Assembly: GCA_963736855.1 (NCBI GenBank)
Contig: CAVTQK010000009.1
Span: 619,769-683,768, forward strand
Direction: 5' to 3'
Length of the DNA stretch: 64,000 bases
Source of the DNA: an uncultured delta proteobacterium
GTDB lineage: Bacteria > Desulfobacterota > Desulfobacteria > Desulfobacterales > UBA2156
The number at the start of each line of letters is the position of its first letter. Position 1 is the stretch's first letter. The position numbers and the translations under genes were made by a program. Below the pieces are notes generated by a model. The model did not search any database and had not been told where the DNA came from. It saw nothing but the letters and a program-made list of their open reading frames with translations. This document shows, piece after piece, positions 31,628-41,979 of the stretch.

Positions 31628-32661
31628 TGGATCCTCGACCCGTCTGCCGGACGCTTGATGATTTCGCCGATGACAAACGCTTTTTCATCCAAACCGTTGA
31701 GGCGCTCCAAGACGTCCTTGACGGCTTCTTCCGGAACAACGGCCACCATGCCGATGCCGTTGTTGAAGGTCCGCAACATCTCCTCATCGGACACCTTCCC
31801 GGCCTCTTTCAAAAAGGAAAAAACCGGCGGCACCTCCCAGCTGTCCTTATAAAAGAGAGCACCGCATGCTTCCGGAAGGATGCGGGGGACATTTCCCGTA
31901 ATCCCGCCTCCGGTAATGTGAGCGAGACCTCGGATAGGGCGATCCTTGATAAGAGCCTGCAGTGTTTTAACGTAAATCCGGGTCGGCGTCAAAAGCGCTT
32001 CGCCGAGCGGCCGGTCCAGCTTTGAAACAAAATCCTGGATATCAAGCTTTAAGATATCGAAACATATCTTTCGAACCAGTGAAAACCCGTTGGAATGAAG
32101 ACCGCTGGAGGCAATCCCGACCAGCCTGTCGCCTACCGAGATGTCGCTTCCGTCGATGATCTTCTGATTGTCTACGATGCCCACCACGAATCCGGCCAAG
32201 TCATATTCATCGGGGTGGTAAAAGCCCGGCATCTCCGCGGTCTCTCCCCCGATCAGGACGCACTGTGCTTCCTGACACCCGCTGACAATCCCTTTCAAGA
32301 TATCGGTTGCGATCTGGGGCTTGAGCGATCCCATGGCCATATAATCCAGAAAAAACAGAGGCTTGGCTCCATGAACGGCGATGTCGTTGACGCACATGGC
32401 CACCAGGTCAATCCCTACGGTGTCATGGGTTTGGGTCATGAAGGCGATTTTCAGTTTTGTTCCCACACCGTCGGTGGAACTTACCAGGACCGGGCTGGAA
32501 ATGTTCTGAAGGTTGAGGGAGTATAGACCCCCGAATCCGCCGATGCCGCCGATCACTCGGGAATTGAATGTGGTCTTGGCCATTTCCTTGATCCGATCCA
32601 CAAAACGGTCGGCCTTTTCAATGTCAACACCGGCATCTGCATAGGTCCATGATTTGGTCAT
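31618..32661 (-). CDS. purM: phosphoribosylformylglycinamidine cyclo-ligase
   Basis: YADAGVDI, TDGVGTK, GGETAEMPG, SSGLHSNG, RTFNNGIG; GGAGG RBS. Confidence 0.97.
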   Translation of the reverse strand: MTKSWTYADAGVDIEKADRFVDRIKEMAKTTFNSRVIGGIGGFGGLYSLNLQNISSPVLVSSTDGVGTKLKIAFMTQTHDTVGIDLVAMCVNDIAVHGAKPLFFLDYMAMGSLKPQIATDILKGIVSGCQEAQCVLIGGETAEMPGFYHPDEYDLAGFVVGIVDNQKIIDGSDISVGDRLVGIASSGLHSNGFSLVRKICFDILKLDIQDFVSKLDRPLGEALLTPTRIYVKTLQALIKDRPIRGLAHITGGGITGNVPRILPEACGALFYKDSWEVPPVFSFLKEAGKVSDEEMLRTFNNGIGMVAVVPEEAVKDVLERLNGLDEKAFVIGEIIKRPADGSRIQWK

Positions 32662-32694
32662 CCTTCTCCCGGGACCTCCTTTGAATATGAAATG

Positions 32695-32835
32695 TGATGG
32701 CTTCGTAAAAAGTCCATCTGCTGCGTCATCCTTCGTCATTGCGGCGTAATCGCCTCATTCCTCAGGATTTGCGCGCCTTGCATCTGAAGCTTTTTACTTT
32801 GCCATCCCAATTTTGAGTTTTTACGATTTCATCAA
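32695..32835. repeat. MITE-like structured repeat, copy 3 (inverted, internally shortened)
   Basis: near-identical reverse complement of 23168-23324 with short deletions. Confidence 0.85.
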
Positions 32836-32967
32836 ATATGACGCTTCAAAATACCAGGAAAAATATCTTCAAAGTCTTTGCAAGTCAAAAGAAATTTTTG
32901 ACAAATATATTTCGATATCATATTAATACCATTTTATTTTCTTTCGAAAAGCTGGATGGAGGAAATC

Positions 32968-34170
32968 ATGTCTCGTTTTGCACGGTTGGATCGACTCCCG
33001 CCGTACGTCTTTGCCACCGTAAATCAAATCAAGATGGAGGCAAGACAGGCTGGAGAGGATATCATCGACCTGGGAATGGGAAACCCGGACATCGGGACGC
33101 CGCCGCACATCGTTGCCAAGCTCATCGAAGCCGCCCAGAAACCCCAAAATCACCGATATTCGGCCTCCATGGGGATCACCAAGCTCCGAACGGCGATCTC
33201 GGGCTGGTACAAGCGCCGGTTCGACGTGGATATCAACCCGGATACCGAGGCCATCGTCACCATTGGAGTCAAGGAAGGAGTGTCCCATCTGATCCTTGTA
33301 ACCATCCGCCCGGGCGATGTGGTCTTAACGCCGAACCCTACCTACCCCATTCATCCGTATTCGGCCATCATCGCCGGCGGAGATGTCCGGGGAATCCCTG
33401 CGGGCCCCGATGAGGATTTCTTCGACAACCTCATGCGCGCCACAAAGCAGACATGGCCCAGACCCAAGGTCCTCATTATTTCCTTCCCTCATAATCCCAC
33501 GACCGAGGTGGTAGGGCTGGAATTTTTCGAAAAAATCGTGGCTTATGCCAAAGAACACGATCTCATGGTGATCCATGATTTTGCTTATGCGGATCTGGTC
33601 TTTGATGGATACCAAGCCCCCAGCTTCCTCCAGGCCAAAGGCGCCAAGGATGTCGGTGTGGAGTTCTTCTCGCTTTCCAAAAGTTACAGCATGCCCGGGT
33701 GGCGCGTGGGGTTCTGCGTGGGAAATGCGGAAATCGTCGCCGCGTTGCGCAGGATTAAAAGCTACCTGGACTACGGCATCTTTCAGCCGATTCAGATTGC
33801 CGCCATCATCGCCTTGAGCGGGGAAAATGAGGCGGATCATAAAGAAGGCCTCAGGGACCGCCAGCCCTGTGTGAAGGAAATTGTGGACATTTACCGCCAG
33901 CGGCGGGACGCCCTGATTTCGGGCCTGGAAAGGATCGGGTGGCATATCCCGCCGCCGAAAGGAACCATGTTCGTCTGGGGGAAAATCCCTGAAAAATACG
34001 TGAAAATGGGGTCCGTTGCCTTTTCAGAAATGTTGATCCGAAAAGCAAAAGTTGCCGTTTCGCCCGGTCTGGGGTTTGGAGAGTATGGGGATGAATATGT
34101 CCGTTTCGCCCTCATCGAAAACCCGATGCGCATCAATCAGGCCGTGAGGGGAATCCGACAGGTTTTATAG
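32968..34170 (+). CDS. class I/II PLP aminotransferase (AlaC/LL-DAP-like)
   Basis: [36 protein letters not shown]. Confidence 0.9.
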   Translation: MSRFARLDRLPPYVFATVNQIKMEARQAGEDIIDLGMGNPDIGTPPHIVAKLIEAAQKPQNHRYSASMGITKLRTAISGWYKRRFDVDINPDTEAIVTIGVKEGVSHLILVTIRPGDVVLTPNPTYPIHPYSAIIAGGDVRGIPAGPDEDFFDNLMRATKQTWPRPKVLIISFPHNPTTEVVGLEFFEKIVAYAKEHDLMVIHDFAYADLVFDGYQAPSFLQAKGAKDVGVEFFSLSKSYSMPGWRVGFCVGNAEIVAALRRIKSYLDYGIFQPIQIAAIIALSGENEADHKEGLRDRQPCVKEIVDIYRQRRDALISGLERIGWHIPPPKGTMFVWGKIPEKYVKMGSVAFSEMLIRKAKVAVSPGLGFGEYGDEYVRFALIENPMRINQAVRGIRQVL

Positions 34171-34183
34171 AGGGGAGTTGCCG

Positions 34184-35503
34184 ATGAAATCCATACGTGT
34201 GGGGCTGTTAGGGTGCGGTACGGTGGGCACGGGGGTGGCCCGGATTCTCTTGGAAAACGAATCTCTCCTGAAAGCAAGGGTGGGTGCGGACATTCACCTG
34301 ACGCGCGTGGCGGATATCGACCTGACAAAAAACCGGGGAATCCGTTTTAATAAAGGGGTTCTTATAAAAGACGCCTCCAAGATTGTGGATGATCCTGATA
34401 TCGATATCGTCGTCGAGACGATCGGGGGACTTACCGCAGCCTATGACCTGATCCTGCGCGCGATTAAAAGCGGCAAGCACGTGGTAACGGCCAACAAGGC
34501 ATTGCTGGCCGTCCATGGAAACGCATTGTTTTCAGCGGCGTATAGAAAAGGAGTCGATCTGGCCTTCGAAGCCAGCGTGGGAGGGTGCATGCCGGTAGTT
34601 AAAACCCTGCGGGAATCCCTGGTGGGCAATCGGATCGAATCGATGATCGGGATCCTCAACGGGACATGCAATTACATTCTCACCCAAATCTCCCGGGAAG
34701 GGATGACATTTAAAGAGGCCTTGGCTCAAGCCCAGGCCCAGGGGTTTGCCGAGGCCGACCCGACACTGGACGTGGAAGGACACGATGCCGCTCACAAGCT
34801 GGCGATTTTGTCGGCTTTGGCCTACGGGATGACGGTCAACCTGAAAGACATCTATATCGAAGGGATCTCCGGGATCACCCCCCTGGATATCGATTTTGCC
34901 CGGCAGTTCGGCTACACGGTGAAACTTCTGGCCATCAGTAAAAATTTCGGAAACCGCGTGGAAGCCCGGATTCATCCCACCATGGTCCCTGAAAACAACC
35001 TCCTTTCCAGCGTGAACGGTTCTGTGAATGCCCTGACCATCACCGGGGACCGCGCGGGGGACATGATGCTTTACGGTTACGGCGCCGGTATGATGCCGAC
35101 GGCCAGCGCCGTGGTATCCGATATCGTGGACTTGGCCCGGAACATCCTTTCCGGAAGCCGCCCCCTTCGGATTCCGATGATGTCATACCAGAAAAATCGC
35201 ATCCGGAAATTATCCGTGGTTCCCATCGGTGATATTTATACCCATTACTATTTCCGGTTTTCCGCCCTTGACCAGCCCGGAGTCCTTTCCAAAATTTCCG
35301 GAGTCCTGGGAAAATACGGCATCAGCCTCCAATCCGTTCACCAGAAGGGAAGAAAAACCAACGGGGCGGTTCCGGTGGTGATGCTTTCCCATAAGGCCCG
35401 GGAAAAAGATGTGGCCTCAGCCCTAGCGAAAATCGGCGCCATGGACGTGGTGGATGCCAAGCCGATCCTCATTCGAATCGAAGAGGAAGTGCAGCAACAG
35501 TGA
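34184..35503 (+). CDS. hom: homoserine dehydrogenase with ACT domain
   Basis: GCGTVG, TANK, EASVGG, GILNGTCN, GFAEADP, DQPGVL. Confidence 0.95.
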   Translation: MKSIRVGLLGCGTVGTGVARILLENESLLKARVGADIHLTRVADIDLTKNRGIRFNKGVLIKDASKIVDDPDIDIVVETIGGLTAAYDLILRAIKSGKHVVTANKALLAVHGNALFSAAYRKGVDLAFEASVGGCMPVVKTLRESLVGNRIESMIGILNGTCNYILTQISREGMTFKEALAQAQAQGFAEADPTLDVEGHDAAHKLAILSALAYGMTVNLKDIYIEGISGITPLDIDFARQFGYTVKLLAISKNFGNRVEARIHPTMVPENNLLSSVNGSVNALTITGDRAGDMMLYGYGAGMMPTASAVVSDIVDLARNILSGSRPLRIPMMSYQKNRIRKLSVVPIGDIYTHYYFRFSALDQPGVLSKISGVLGKYGISLQSVHQKGRKTNGAVPVVMLSHKAREKDVASALAKIGAMDVVDAKPILIRIEEEVQQQ

Positions 35504-36141
35504 AAGAAAAACTCATGAATATTATCTGCTCTGACATGGAAGGGATCTTCACACCTGAAATCTGGATCAACGTGGCTAAAAAGACCGGCATCGACGATCT
35601 CAAACTCACCACTCGGGATGTGCCGGATTACGATGTGCTCATGAAGCGCCGTCTGGCCATTTTACATCGACACAGGATCACTCTGAAAAACATCCAGGAC
35701 GTGATTTCAGGCATGGAGCCCCTTCCCGGCGCCAAGGCCTTTTTAGACTGGATGCGTTCCAAGTTTCAGGTCATCGTCGTCTCCGATACCTTCGTGGAAT
35801 TTGCCGGACCGCTCTTGGAAAAGCTGGGGCGACCCACGCTCTTTTGCCACTGTCTCACCGTCAACGACGAGGGCCTGATCGTGGATTACAATCTGCGACA
35901 ACCCGAGGCAAAAAAGCAAACAGCCCTTTCCTTAAAGGGCCTGAACTATCGGGTTATCGGCATCGGCGATTCTTACAACGACATCCTTATGCTTAAAGCT
36001 GCTGACCACGCCATCCTGTATCACCCGCCTGAAAACGTGAAAAAAGAGTATCCGGATTTTCCGGTCACGGAAAATTATGTAGAGCTCAAGGAGATACTTT
36101 TAAGCCTCACGGACGGCAGATGCGTAAAGGAATCGAAATGA
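35500..36141 (+). CDS. thrH: phosphoserine phosphatase / homoserine phosphotransferase
   Basis: DMEG..PEIW, TTRDVPDYDVLM, SDTF, GDSYND. Confidence 0.92.
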   Translation: MKEKLMNIICSDMEGIFTPEIWINVAKKTGIDDLKLTTRDVPDYDVLMKRRLAILHRHRITLKNIQDVISGMEPLPGAKAFLDWMRSKFQVIVVSDTFVEFAGPLLEKLGRPTLFCHCLTVNDEGLIVDYNLRQPEAKKQTALSLKGLNYRVIGIGDSYNDILMLKAADHAILYHPPENVKKEYPDFPVTENYVELKEILLSLTDGRCVKESK

Positions 36142-36575
36142 ACCCGGCTCATCGAACATCGGTCCGGGTGCTCTACGGTGACACCGATAAAATGGGGTTC
36201 GCTTACTACGGCAACTATATGCGCTGGTTTGAAATCGGCCGGACCCAGCTTTTTCGCTCCTGGGGGTTCACTTATAAAAGCATCGAAGAAAAAGGGGTTT
36301 TTTTGCCGGTTTCCGAGGCCTTTTGCAAGTACGTGACCCCGGTCACATACGACGACCAACTGGTTGTGGAAACCCGCTTTGATCCGAGCGTGAAAGCCGG
36401 CGTCAAGTTCGATTACAGAATATTTTTCATGGAAAAAGAGACCCTTTGTGCATCCGGCTACACGTTGCATGCATGCATGAATACTGAAGGCCGCGTGATC
36501 CGCCCTCCCCGATTCCTGTCGCAATTGATTCGGGAACATACGGGATCGCCACCCGACAAAAAAGGGGGATCATGA
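36138..36575 (+). CDS. YbgC/4HBT-family acyl-CoA thioesterase
   Basis: RVLYGDTDKMG..YYGNY..WFEIGR. Confidence 0.88.
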   Translation: MNPAHRTSVRVLYGDTDKMGFAYYGNYMRWFEIGRTQLFRSWGFTYKSIEEKGVFLPVSEAFCKYVTPVTYDDQLVVETRFDPSVKAGVKFDYRIFFMEKETLCASGYTLHACMNTEGRVIRPPRFLSQLIREHTGSPPDKKGGS

Positions 36576-37573
36576 AAAAGACCTCTGCGTTGAATATAGA
36601 CTTTCATCAATTCCCAAAATGCCGGATCCTTGTGATCGGGGACCTGATGATCGATGAGTACATCTGGGGGGACGTGGATCGAATCTCGCCGGAGGCGCCG
36701 GTCCCCGTGGTCTTGGTTAAAAACGAAAGCTTCACCCTCGGAGGCTCGGGCAACGTCATCCACAACTTGGCCGCACTGGGCGGCCAGGTTTTGGCCGTCG
36801 GCGTGGTCGGGACGGGAAGAAACGGGAATCGGATTTTAAAAAAATTGGAAGAACTCGGGGTCAACACCAAAGGGGTCATCCGGGATCCGGAGCGACTTAC
36901 CACCCAGAAGACCCGGGTCATCGCCGTCAGCCAGCATGTCCTGCGCATCGACCGGGAAACCCGAAAGGAGGTGTCTTGGGAAACCCGAAACCAACTGATC
37001 GCCTCCATCGAAAAATCCATCCCGAAGGCGGACATGGTCCTGATCTCCGATTATGGGAAAGGCCTGATCACTCAAGACTTGATGGTCCAAATCCTGAAAA
37101 CTGCCCGTGCGAAAAATAAATTTGTCATTGCCGATCCCAAAGGCTTAAGTTTTGTCAAATACGCCGGGGTCTCGCTTTTGACGCCCAATAAAAAAGAAGC
37201 GGGAATCGCCGCCGGTGTGGAGATCGTAGACAGCTCTTCATTGCAAAAGGCGGCGGAAAAAATCCTTCAAACCTTAGATATCGGAAAACTCCTCATCACA
37301 TTAGGACAAGATGGCATGATCCTTTTCGAGAGGGAGAAAAACCCTTATGCCATCCGCGCCCAGGCCCGGCAGGTCTATGATGTCTCAGGCGCCGGCGACA
37401 CGGTACTGGCTGTCCTTGGCCTTGCCATGGCCTCCGGAGCCACCCTTGAAACGGCCATGCATCTGGCCAATGCCGCCGCCGGCATCGTGGTGGGCAAGGT
37501 GGGGACTGCCGCAGTCACTCTGGAAGAGCTGATAAACGCCGTCTCCTCAGGGCCGACCGACCATGGCGGATGA
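36572..37573 (+). CDS. rfaE1: heptose-7-phosphate kinase
   Basis: RISPEAPVPV, SDYGKG, TPNKKE, DVSGAGDT. Confidence 0.92.
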   Translation: MKKTSALNIDFHQFPKCRILVIGDLMIDEYIWGDVDRISPEAPVPVVLVKNESFTLGGSGNVIHNLAALGGQVLAVGVVGTGRNGNRILKKLEELGVNTKGVIRDPERLTTQKTRVIAVSQHVLRIDRETRKEVSWETRNQLIASIEKSIPKADMVLISDYGKGLITQDLMVQILKTARAKNKFVIADPKGLSFVKYAGVSLLTPNKKEAGIAAGVEIVDSSSLQKAAEKILQTLDIGKLLITLGQDGMILFEREKNPYAIRAQARQVYDVSGAGDTVLAVLGLAMASGATLETAMHLANAAAGIVVGKVGTAAVTLEELINAVSSGPTDHGG

Positions 37574-37931
37574 AGCATGCCTGGATATCCGGGACTGCCG
37601 GACCCATCTCCTCTTCAAAGTCTACGTTCTTCCAAGATCCTCCAAAAACGCCTTTGCCGGAAGACATCTGGACGCCCTGAAAGTCAAGTTGACGGCACCC
37701 CCGGTGGAAGGAGAGGCCAATCGCATCTGCATTGAATTTTTATCCAGGCAACTCAAGATACCCAAGTCGAGTCTTGGCATCCTCTCCGGAAAAAGCGGTA
37801 GAACCAAGCGGATCCGTTTTGATCCACCTGCTAAAAACACGGCAGTCAGTGAAGTCTGTCGTGTTAAATCACTTCTCGTTAAATTCTCGAATCCGGAAAA
37901 AACAATCCGGAAAAAACAACTTGACAATTGA
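37563..37931 (+). CDS. DUF167/YggU family protein
   Basis: VLPRSS, LTAPPVEGEAN, SGKSGRTK. Confidence 0.85.
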   Translation: MADEACLDIRDCRTHLLFKVYVLPRSSKNAFAGRHLDALKVKLTAPPVEGEANRICIEFLSRQLKIPKSSLGILSGKSGRTKRIRFDPPAKNTAVSEVCRVKSLLVKFSNPEKTIRKKQLDN

Positions 37932-37949
37932 TGAGTAAAAAGCTAAACT
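37921..37949 (+). promoter_or_regulatory. sigma70 promoter of the tRNA
   Basis: TTGACA-17 nt-TAAACT, about 20 nt upstream of the tRNA. Confidence 0.75.
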
Positions 37950-37968
37950 TTTAAGTCTTCAATACGGA

Positions 37969-38045
<77 letters not shown>

Positions 38046-38054
38046 ACAAAAACG

Positions 38055-38090
38055 ATGGGTTGCATGATATTTCATGTAACCCATTTTTTA
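38055..38090 (+). terminator. rho-independent terminator
   Basis: ATGGGTTGCATGA/TCATGTAACCCAT stem followed by a T-run. Confidence 0.8.
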
Positions 38091-38667
38091 TTGGGGGAAC
38101 CTAGGGGTAACCACTCTCCCACCCCGTCTCATTCGTTTTACCCCGATTTTCCTTGAACCTTTTTGTCCGATTAAAAAAAATCGAAATCCTTCTGTTTCGC
38201 CAACGATGGAATAAGATCCATTTATAATGGTTGCCTATGATTGAAAAGATTCGCTATGAATTATTTGTGCAACTCACTCATGCCTTTTAATTGCATTTAG
38301 GGATTAGCTTCAAGAGCTTCCTTCAAATCAAGGGAGAAGATCCTATGGTTCATGGAGGTATAGCAAGCTTGCAATTCAAACCGATTCCCCATGAACAAAG
38401 GAGAGCATACCCTTCAGCGCCCGCATTACCTCTGCTTTGGATATCCCTTATAGAAGATCTCGCAATTTTTCATACTTGAGCTTTATAGATAACCGCAAAA
38501 AGAAATAAAATTTGAGTTGGTATGCTTTTACCGGTAGGTTTGGTAGCTCTAAGATCGGTGATTTTGGTAAAGAATTAGATCACTGTTCCCATCTTGACAT
38601 TATTGATAACGGTTGGTAAGCTTTTTTAAGCTGAATAGTCCTTATCGTGGGAAAAAATGGGGTGGCG

Positions 38668-39288
38668 ATGGAGACCAAGCCAAGCAGGCGTACGCATCGC
38701 GAAAAAACGCTGCTCTCTGACGCGGAAATCCGCCCACCCTTGCGATCGAAGATATTAGGGGACTATGGGGATTCTGATAGTGTGCTCATTGAGGAACTCG
38801 GTCTTTGCCGAGGTCAAGTCCGCGTTGACATGGCTCTTGTGAATGGCCACCTTTACGGGTTTGAGATCAAGTCGGATCGGGACAGCCTGAAAAGACTGGG
38901 CGTCCAGGCCGAAATTTATAGCAAGGTGTTTGACCGCATGACCATAGTGGCTAGCGAGCGCCATTTGGATGGAGTTCTCGAATGCCTGCCGCCATGGTGG
39001 GGTGTTCTGCAGGTTGTACAAGGGGCAAGTGGCGTTCGGTTCAAGCCCCACCGCAAAGGAAGAAGAAACCCGAGCAGAGATTCCCGAACTTTAGTGGAAT
39101 TACTCTGGCTTGACGATGCAATCACCTTTCTCGAACAGCGTGATTCAGCGCGTGGTGTCCGGGGCAAGCCTCGCAGGGTGGTATGGGACAAGGTTTGTGA
39201 TTGTTATACTCTTGATGAAATTGCTGAGAACGTGCGCGAACGCCTCAAGGCCAGGGCAAGGCATCAAGATCTTCTACAACCTTCGTGA
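38668..39288 (+). CDS. sce7726-family PD-(D/E)xK nuclease-like protein
   Basis: EELG...RVDMALVNG.LYGFEIKSDRDSLKRL..Q...YSKVFD, WWGV. Confidence 0.8.
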   Translation: METKPSRRTHREKTLLSDAEIRPPLRSKILGDYGDSDSVLIEELGLCRGQVRVDMALVNGHLYGFEIKSDRDSLKRLGVQAEIYSKVFDRMTIVASERHLDGVLECLPPWWGVLQVVQGASGVRFKPHRKGRRNPSRDSRTLVELLWLDDAITFLEQRDSARGVRGKPRRVVWDKVCDCYTLDEIAENVRERLKARARHQDLLQPS

Positions 39289-39489
39289 TGTGATGGATCG
39301 TCCCCAGCCGCCTCCAAGCCTCTTGTGAACCATATCCGCTTTGACCGTTTGCACATTCCATCATTCCTGAACAGCCACGGCAGTGGTCAGCCCCATAATA
39401 GTAGGTACCCACCCGTTGATTTACGAGGTCTCTCGCTAAGCTCGGGAATTGTTGACTTGGCAGAGTAATTTTTATGCTTTCACCTTTAA
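39245..39489 (-). pseudogene. C-terminal remnant of a beta-family protein, truncated by an IS
   Basis: open frame KGESIK...QFPSLARDLV...CANGQSGYGSQEAWRRLGTIHHITKVVEDL* runs up to the IS end at 39490. Confidence 0.65.
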
Positions 39490-41350
39490 CTAATCTTCGA
39501 CAGTTTCAAAATTAAAGTTTTGCGATTTCAGCCAGTTGCAGACAGAAAGCGGGTTTGTGGCACTACACATTCGGCTCTTTGACGACCTTCAGTTCAATCT
39601 CGTTACGCGGCCTGGGGGCTGGACGCCGGCCGCCTTGAACGCCTGGTAGGCAACCCCCTCAAAATCGGTACGGATCCGATACGAGCGGCCGTCCAGATCC
39701 AAGTGCACCGCTTGCAGCCGCTTGAGATCGCGCATAAGATCCGGCCAGGAGCATTCAATGCCCTTTTTGTCCAACTGCTTCGACAGATCCACTTCCAGGC
39801 GCAAAGCAAGAAAGCTGGCCACGATGTGACCGATGCTGGTCTCATCGCGCTGATGGTAGATGGGTCGTACTTCCAGGGTGGATTTCTCCTCCCGGAAGCT
39901 TCGCTCCACCCGCCACAGCCCCTTGTAGGTCTTGGCCACCTCGGCGGGTGATAGCCGGGTGTTGGTTCTGAGCACAAACTTGCCATCGAAGCGCCGGTCA
40001 GCCTCAACGGCGGCGGTGTTGATGCTCACGGCCCCTTTTCGGATCCTCAAAAACCGCGCATAACCACGGTTTTTCACCAGCGCCTTGCTCCCCTTGCGCT
40101 CGATGGTATCGATGAGCTTGGCAAGGATCGCTTCCCGGACCGCCTCGTCCTTTTTGGCTTCTTGGGGATTGCGGCAGACAATGTACCGGCGTCCGTCGAA
40201 GAGCACTTCCTTGACTTCCAGGTTCTCCTCCACAGACTGGTAGCGGCCTCCGCAGATGAGAATCTGCTCCCGGACTTCTTTGTTTTTTCTCAGCTTGCAG
40301 CCCAGGATGTAGTCAAATGGGTTTTCCGCGCCTCCGGCAGACTCGGCAAGCAGCTTGAGCGTCTCTGCTGAGAGCATGGCTCGGTCGGCTACCACAATCA
40401 CTTCTCCGATCGGAAAGCGCTCTTTCATACGGGCCACGATGTGTGTAAAGGCCTTGATGTCGGCGGTGTTACCCGGGAAGATCTCCCAGGTGACCGGCCA
40501 GCCCTTGGCGTCCACGGCTACACACAACATGTATTGTAAAAGATCTCCCCGGTGGTCCCGGGAGTAGCCGCGCTTTCTGAACTCGGTCTCCTTTTGCCCG
40601 TAGACGTAAGTGGAGGTGGTGTCCAGGAACAGCAGATCCAGCTTCTGGCTGAACAGATCCCGGTCCCGGAGAAACAGCTCTTTTTCCAAATCCGCGCGTA
40701 CATCGTGCAAAAAGCCCACCATGCGGTAAAGATGCTGTAATTCGAGGGACTCAAGACCTTCGCACTCTACGGTCTTCAGCCACTGGCTGCCCTGCAGATC
40801 GCTTCCGGGTTCACACAGCCGCTGCAGTGCGAGCGCAAACCCGGCTCGTTCCACATCAAACTGGAACCGTCTCTCGGCGCAGAACTTATGCATCAAATCG
40901 GCAAGTCCCTGTTTGTGCCAGAGCCTGTCAAAAACCAGCGCCGGCCCCCAGCAGCGGCTCTTACAGCTTTCAACCTGGGGCAGCCGCGAGGTATTGAGCG
41001 CCTTCAGGTTTTGGGAGAAACGCGCCAGGTTCTGGATCAGCGCATCGATCTGGCCGGATTGCTGGAGTAGATCCAAACGTCCCAAGGTGCAAATCACTCG
41101 CTGGCGCACCGATTTGCCGTCACGGTAAGATTCTACAATTTGTAAGTAATCCCGGGGGCTGTTTTTGGAACCGCTTTTCTTTGCACGTATGAACATGGCT
41201 GATTCATAAACACAAACCCGCAGCCATGTCAAGGTTTATTTATTATTAAATGGCACTACGTTTGGCGGTAAAATCAGAAACGCATGCAATGATTTCGGTA
41301 CGTTGGCTTGCAAAAGGGCCTCAAAATTGCTCCAAACTGTCGAAAATGAG
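39490..41350 (-). mobile_element. IS1634-family insertion sequence
   Basis: TIRs CTAATCTTCGACAGTTT / AAACTGTCGAAAATGAG; no target duplication seen. Confidence 0.85.
39589..41196 (-). CDS. IS1634-family DDE transposase
   Basis: YLQIVESYR, FLDTTS, GYSRDHR, VADR, YKGLWRVERSFR..K..LEVRPIYH. Confidence 0.9.
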   Translation of the reverse strand: MFIRAKKSGSKNSPRDYLQIVESYRDGKSVRQRVICTLGRLDLLQQSGQIDALIQNLARFSQNLKALNTSRLPQVESCKSRCWGPALVFDRLWHKQGLADLMHKFCAERRFQFDVERAGFALALQRLCEPGSDLQGSQWLKTVECEGLESLELQHLYRMVGFLHDVRADLEKELFLRDRDLFSQKLDLLFLDTTSTYVYGQKETEFRKRGYSRDHRGDLLQYMLCVAVDAKGWPVTWEIFPGNTADIKAFTHIVARMKERFPIGEVIVVADRAMLSAETLKLLAESAGGAENPFDYILGCKLRKNKEVREQILICGGRYQSVEENLEVKEVLFDGRRYIVCRNPQEAKKDEAVREAILAKLIDTIERKGSKALVKNRGYARFLRIRKGAVSINTAAVEADRRFDGKFVLRTNTRLSPAEVAKTYKGLWRVERSFREEKSTLEVRPIYHQRDETSIGHIVASFLALRLEVDLSKQLDKKGIECSWPDLMRDLKRLQAVHLDLDGRSYRIRTDFEGVAYQAFKAAGVQPPGRVTRLN

Positions 41351-41373
41351 TTAGACTTATGGGTAATAGTAAG

Positions 41374-41926
41374 CCCACACCATTCGGGCATACGGATCAC
41401 GTACCATGGCGGTTCGGTTGACAAAGCCGGTTTTACAAGCAGTTTCGGCAAACCCAGCCCTGCAAAATATTCGGCTGTTAATGCAAATGCCGGCCCCGGG
41501 TACTATACGTCATCTGCCTCATCTTCGTCTTGAATCTCTTGATCGACTTTTCACTGATTCGTCGATTGAGGCGGGCACTGAAGGAAAACCCCAGAAACTC
41601 ACACCTCCAGGGCAAATCCACACCGCTCTTCGCTTCATTGACCCTCAGCTTCATTCTACTGCTCAGGTAATTGCCGATACTCTTCAAGACTCGTCTTCCC
41701 GCGCGCCTGCTCGCGACGTATATGTTCAGGTCGTCGGTATAGCGCACAAACCGGTGCCCCCGACGCTCAAGCTCTTTGTCCAATTGATCCAGCATCAGAT
41801 TCGCCAATAGCGGAGACAACGGACCCCACCTCGCGATGACGCCCTTGTCCTTCTCCTAACCTTCGGCTCTGCGAATACCTGGCACGAGGACTTTCACCCG
41901 TCAGCTCCGTGCCATGCCCGGCACAC
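41374..41926 (-). mobile_element. internally deleted class C group II intron
   Basis: 5' GTGTGCCGGGCATGGCAC...; RT fragment GPLSPLLAN..RYTDD..FLGFSF; DV AACCGCCATGGTACGTGATCCGTATGCCCGAATGGTGTGGG; DVI missing. Confidence 0.88.
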
Positions 41927-41979
41927 ACGTTAAGGGTGAGGCGCAGCTATTCACTGCCGCCTCCACTCGATGGTTCTGC
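41927..41979 (-). other. attC site, R' interrupted by the intron
   Basis: GCAGAAC-CATCG-AGTGGAGG...CCTCACC-CTTAAC-GT|intron. Confidence 0.65.

Noticed and set aside
38291..38479. 62-aa ORF after the tRNA
   Set aside because: TTG start, no RBS or motif, AT-rich spacer.
41478..41819. Retron, DGR or defence reverse transcriptase
   Set aside because: Flanked by a group II intron 5' end and domain V; truncated, with YTDD.
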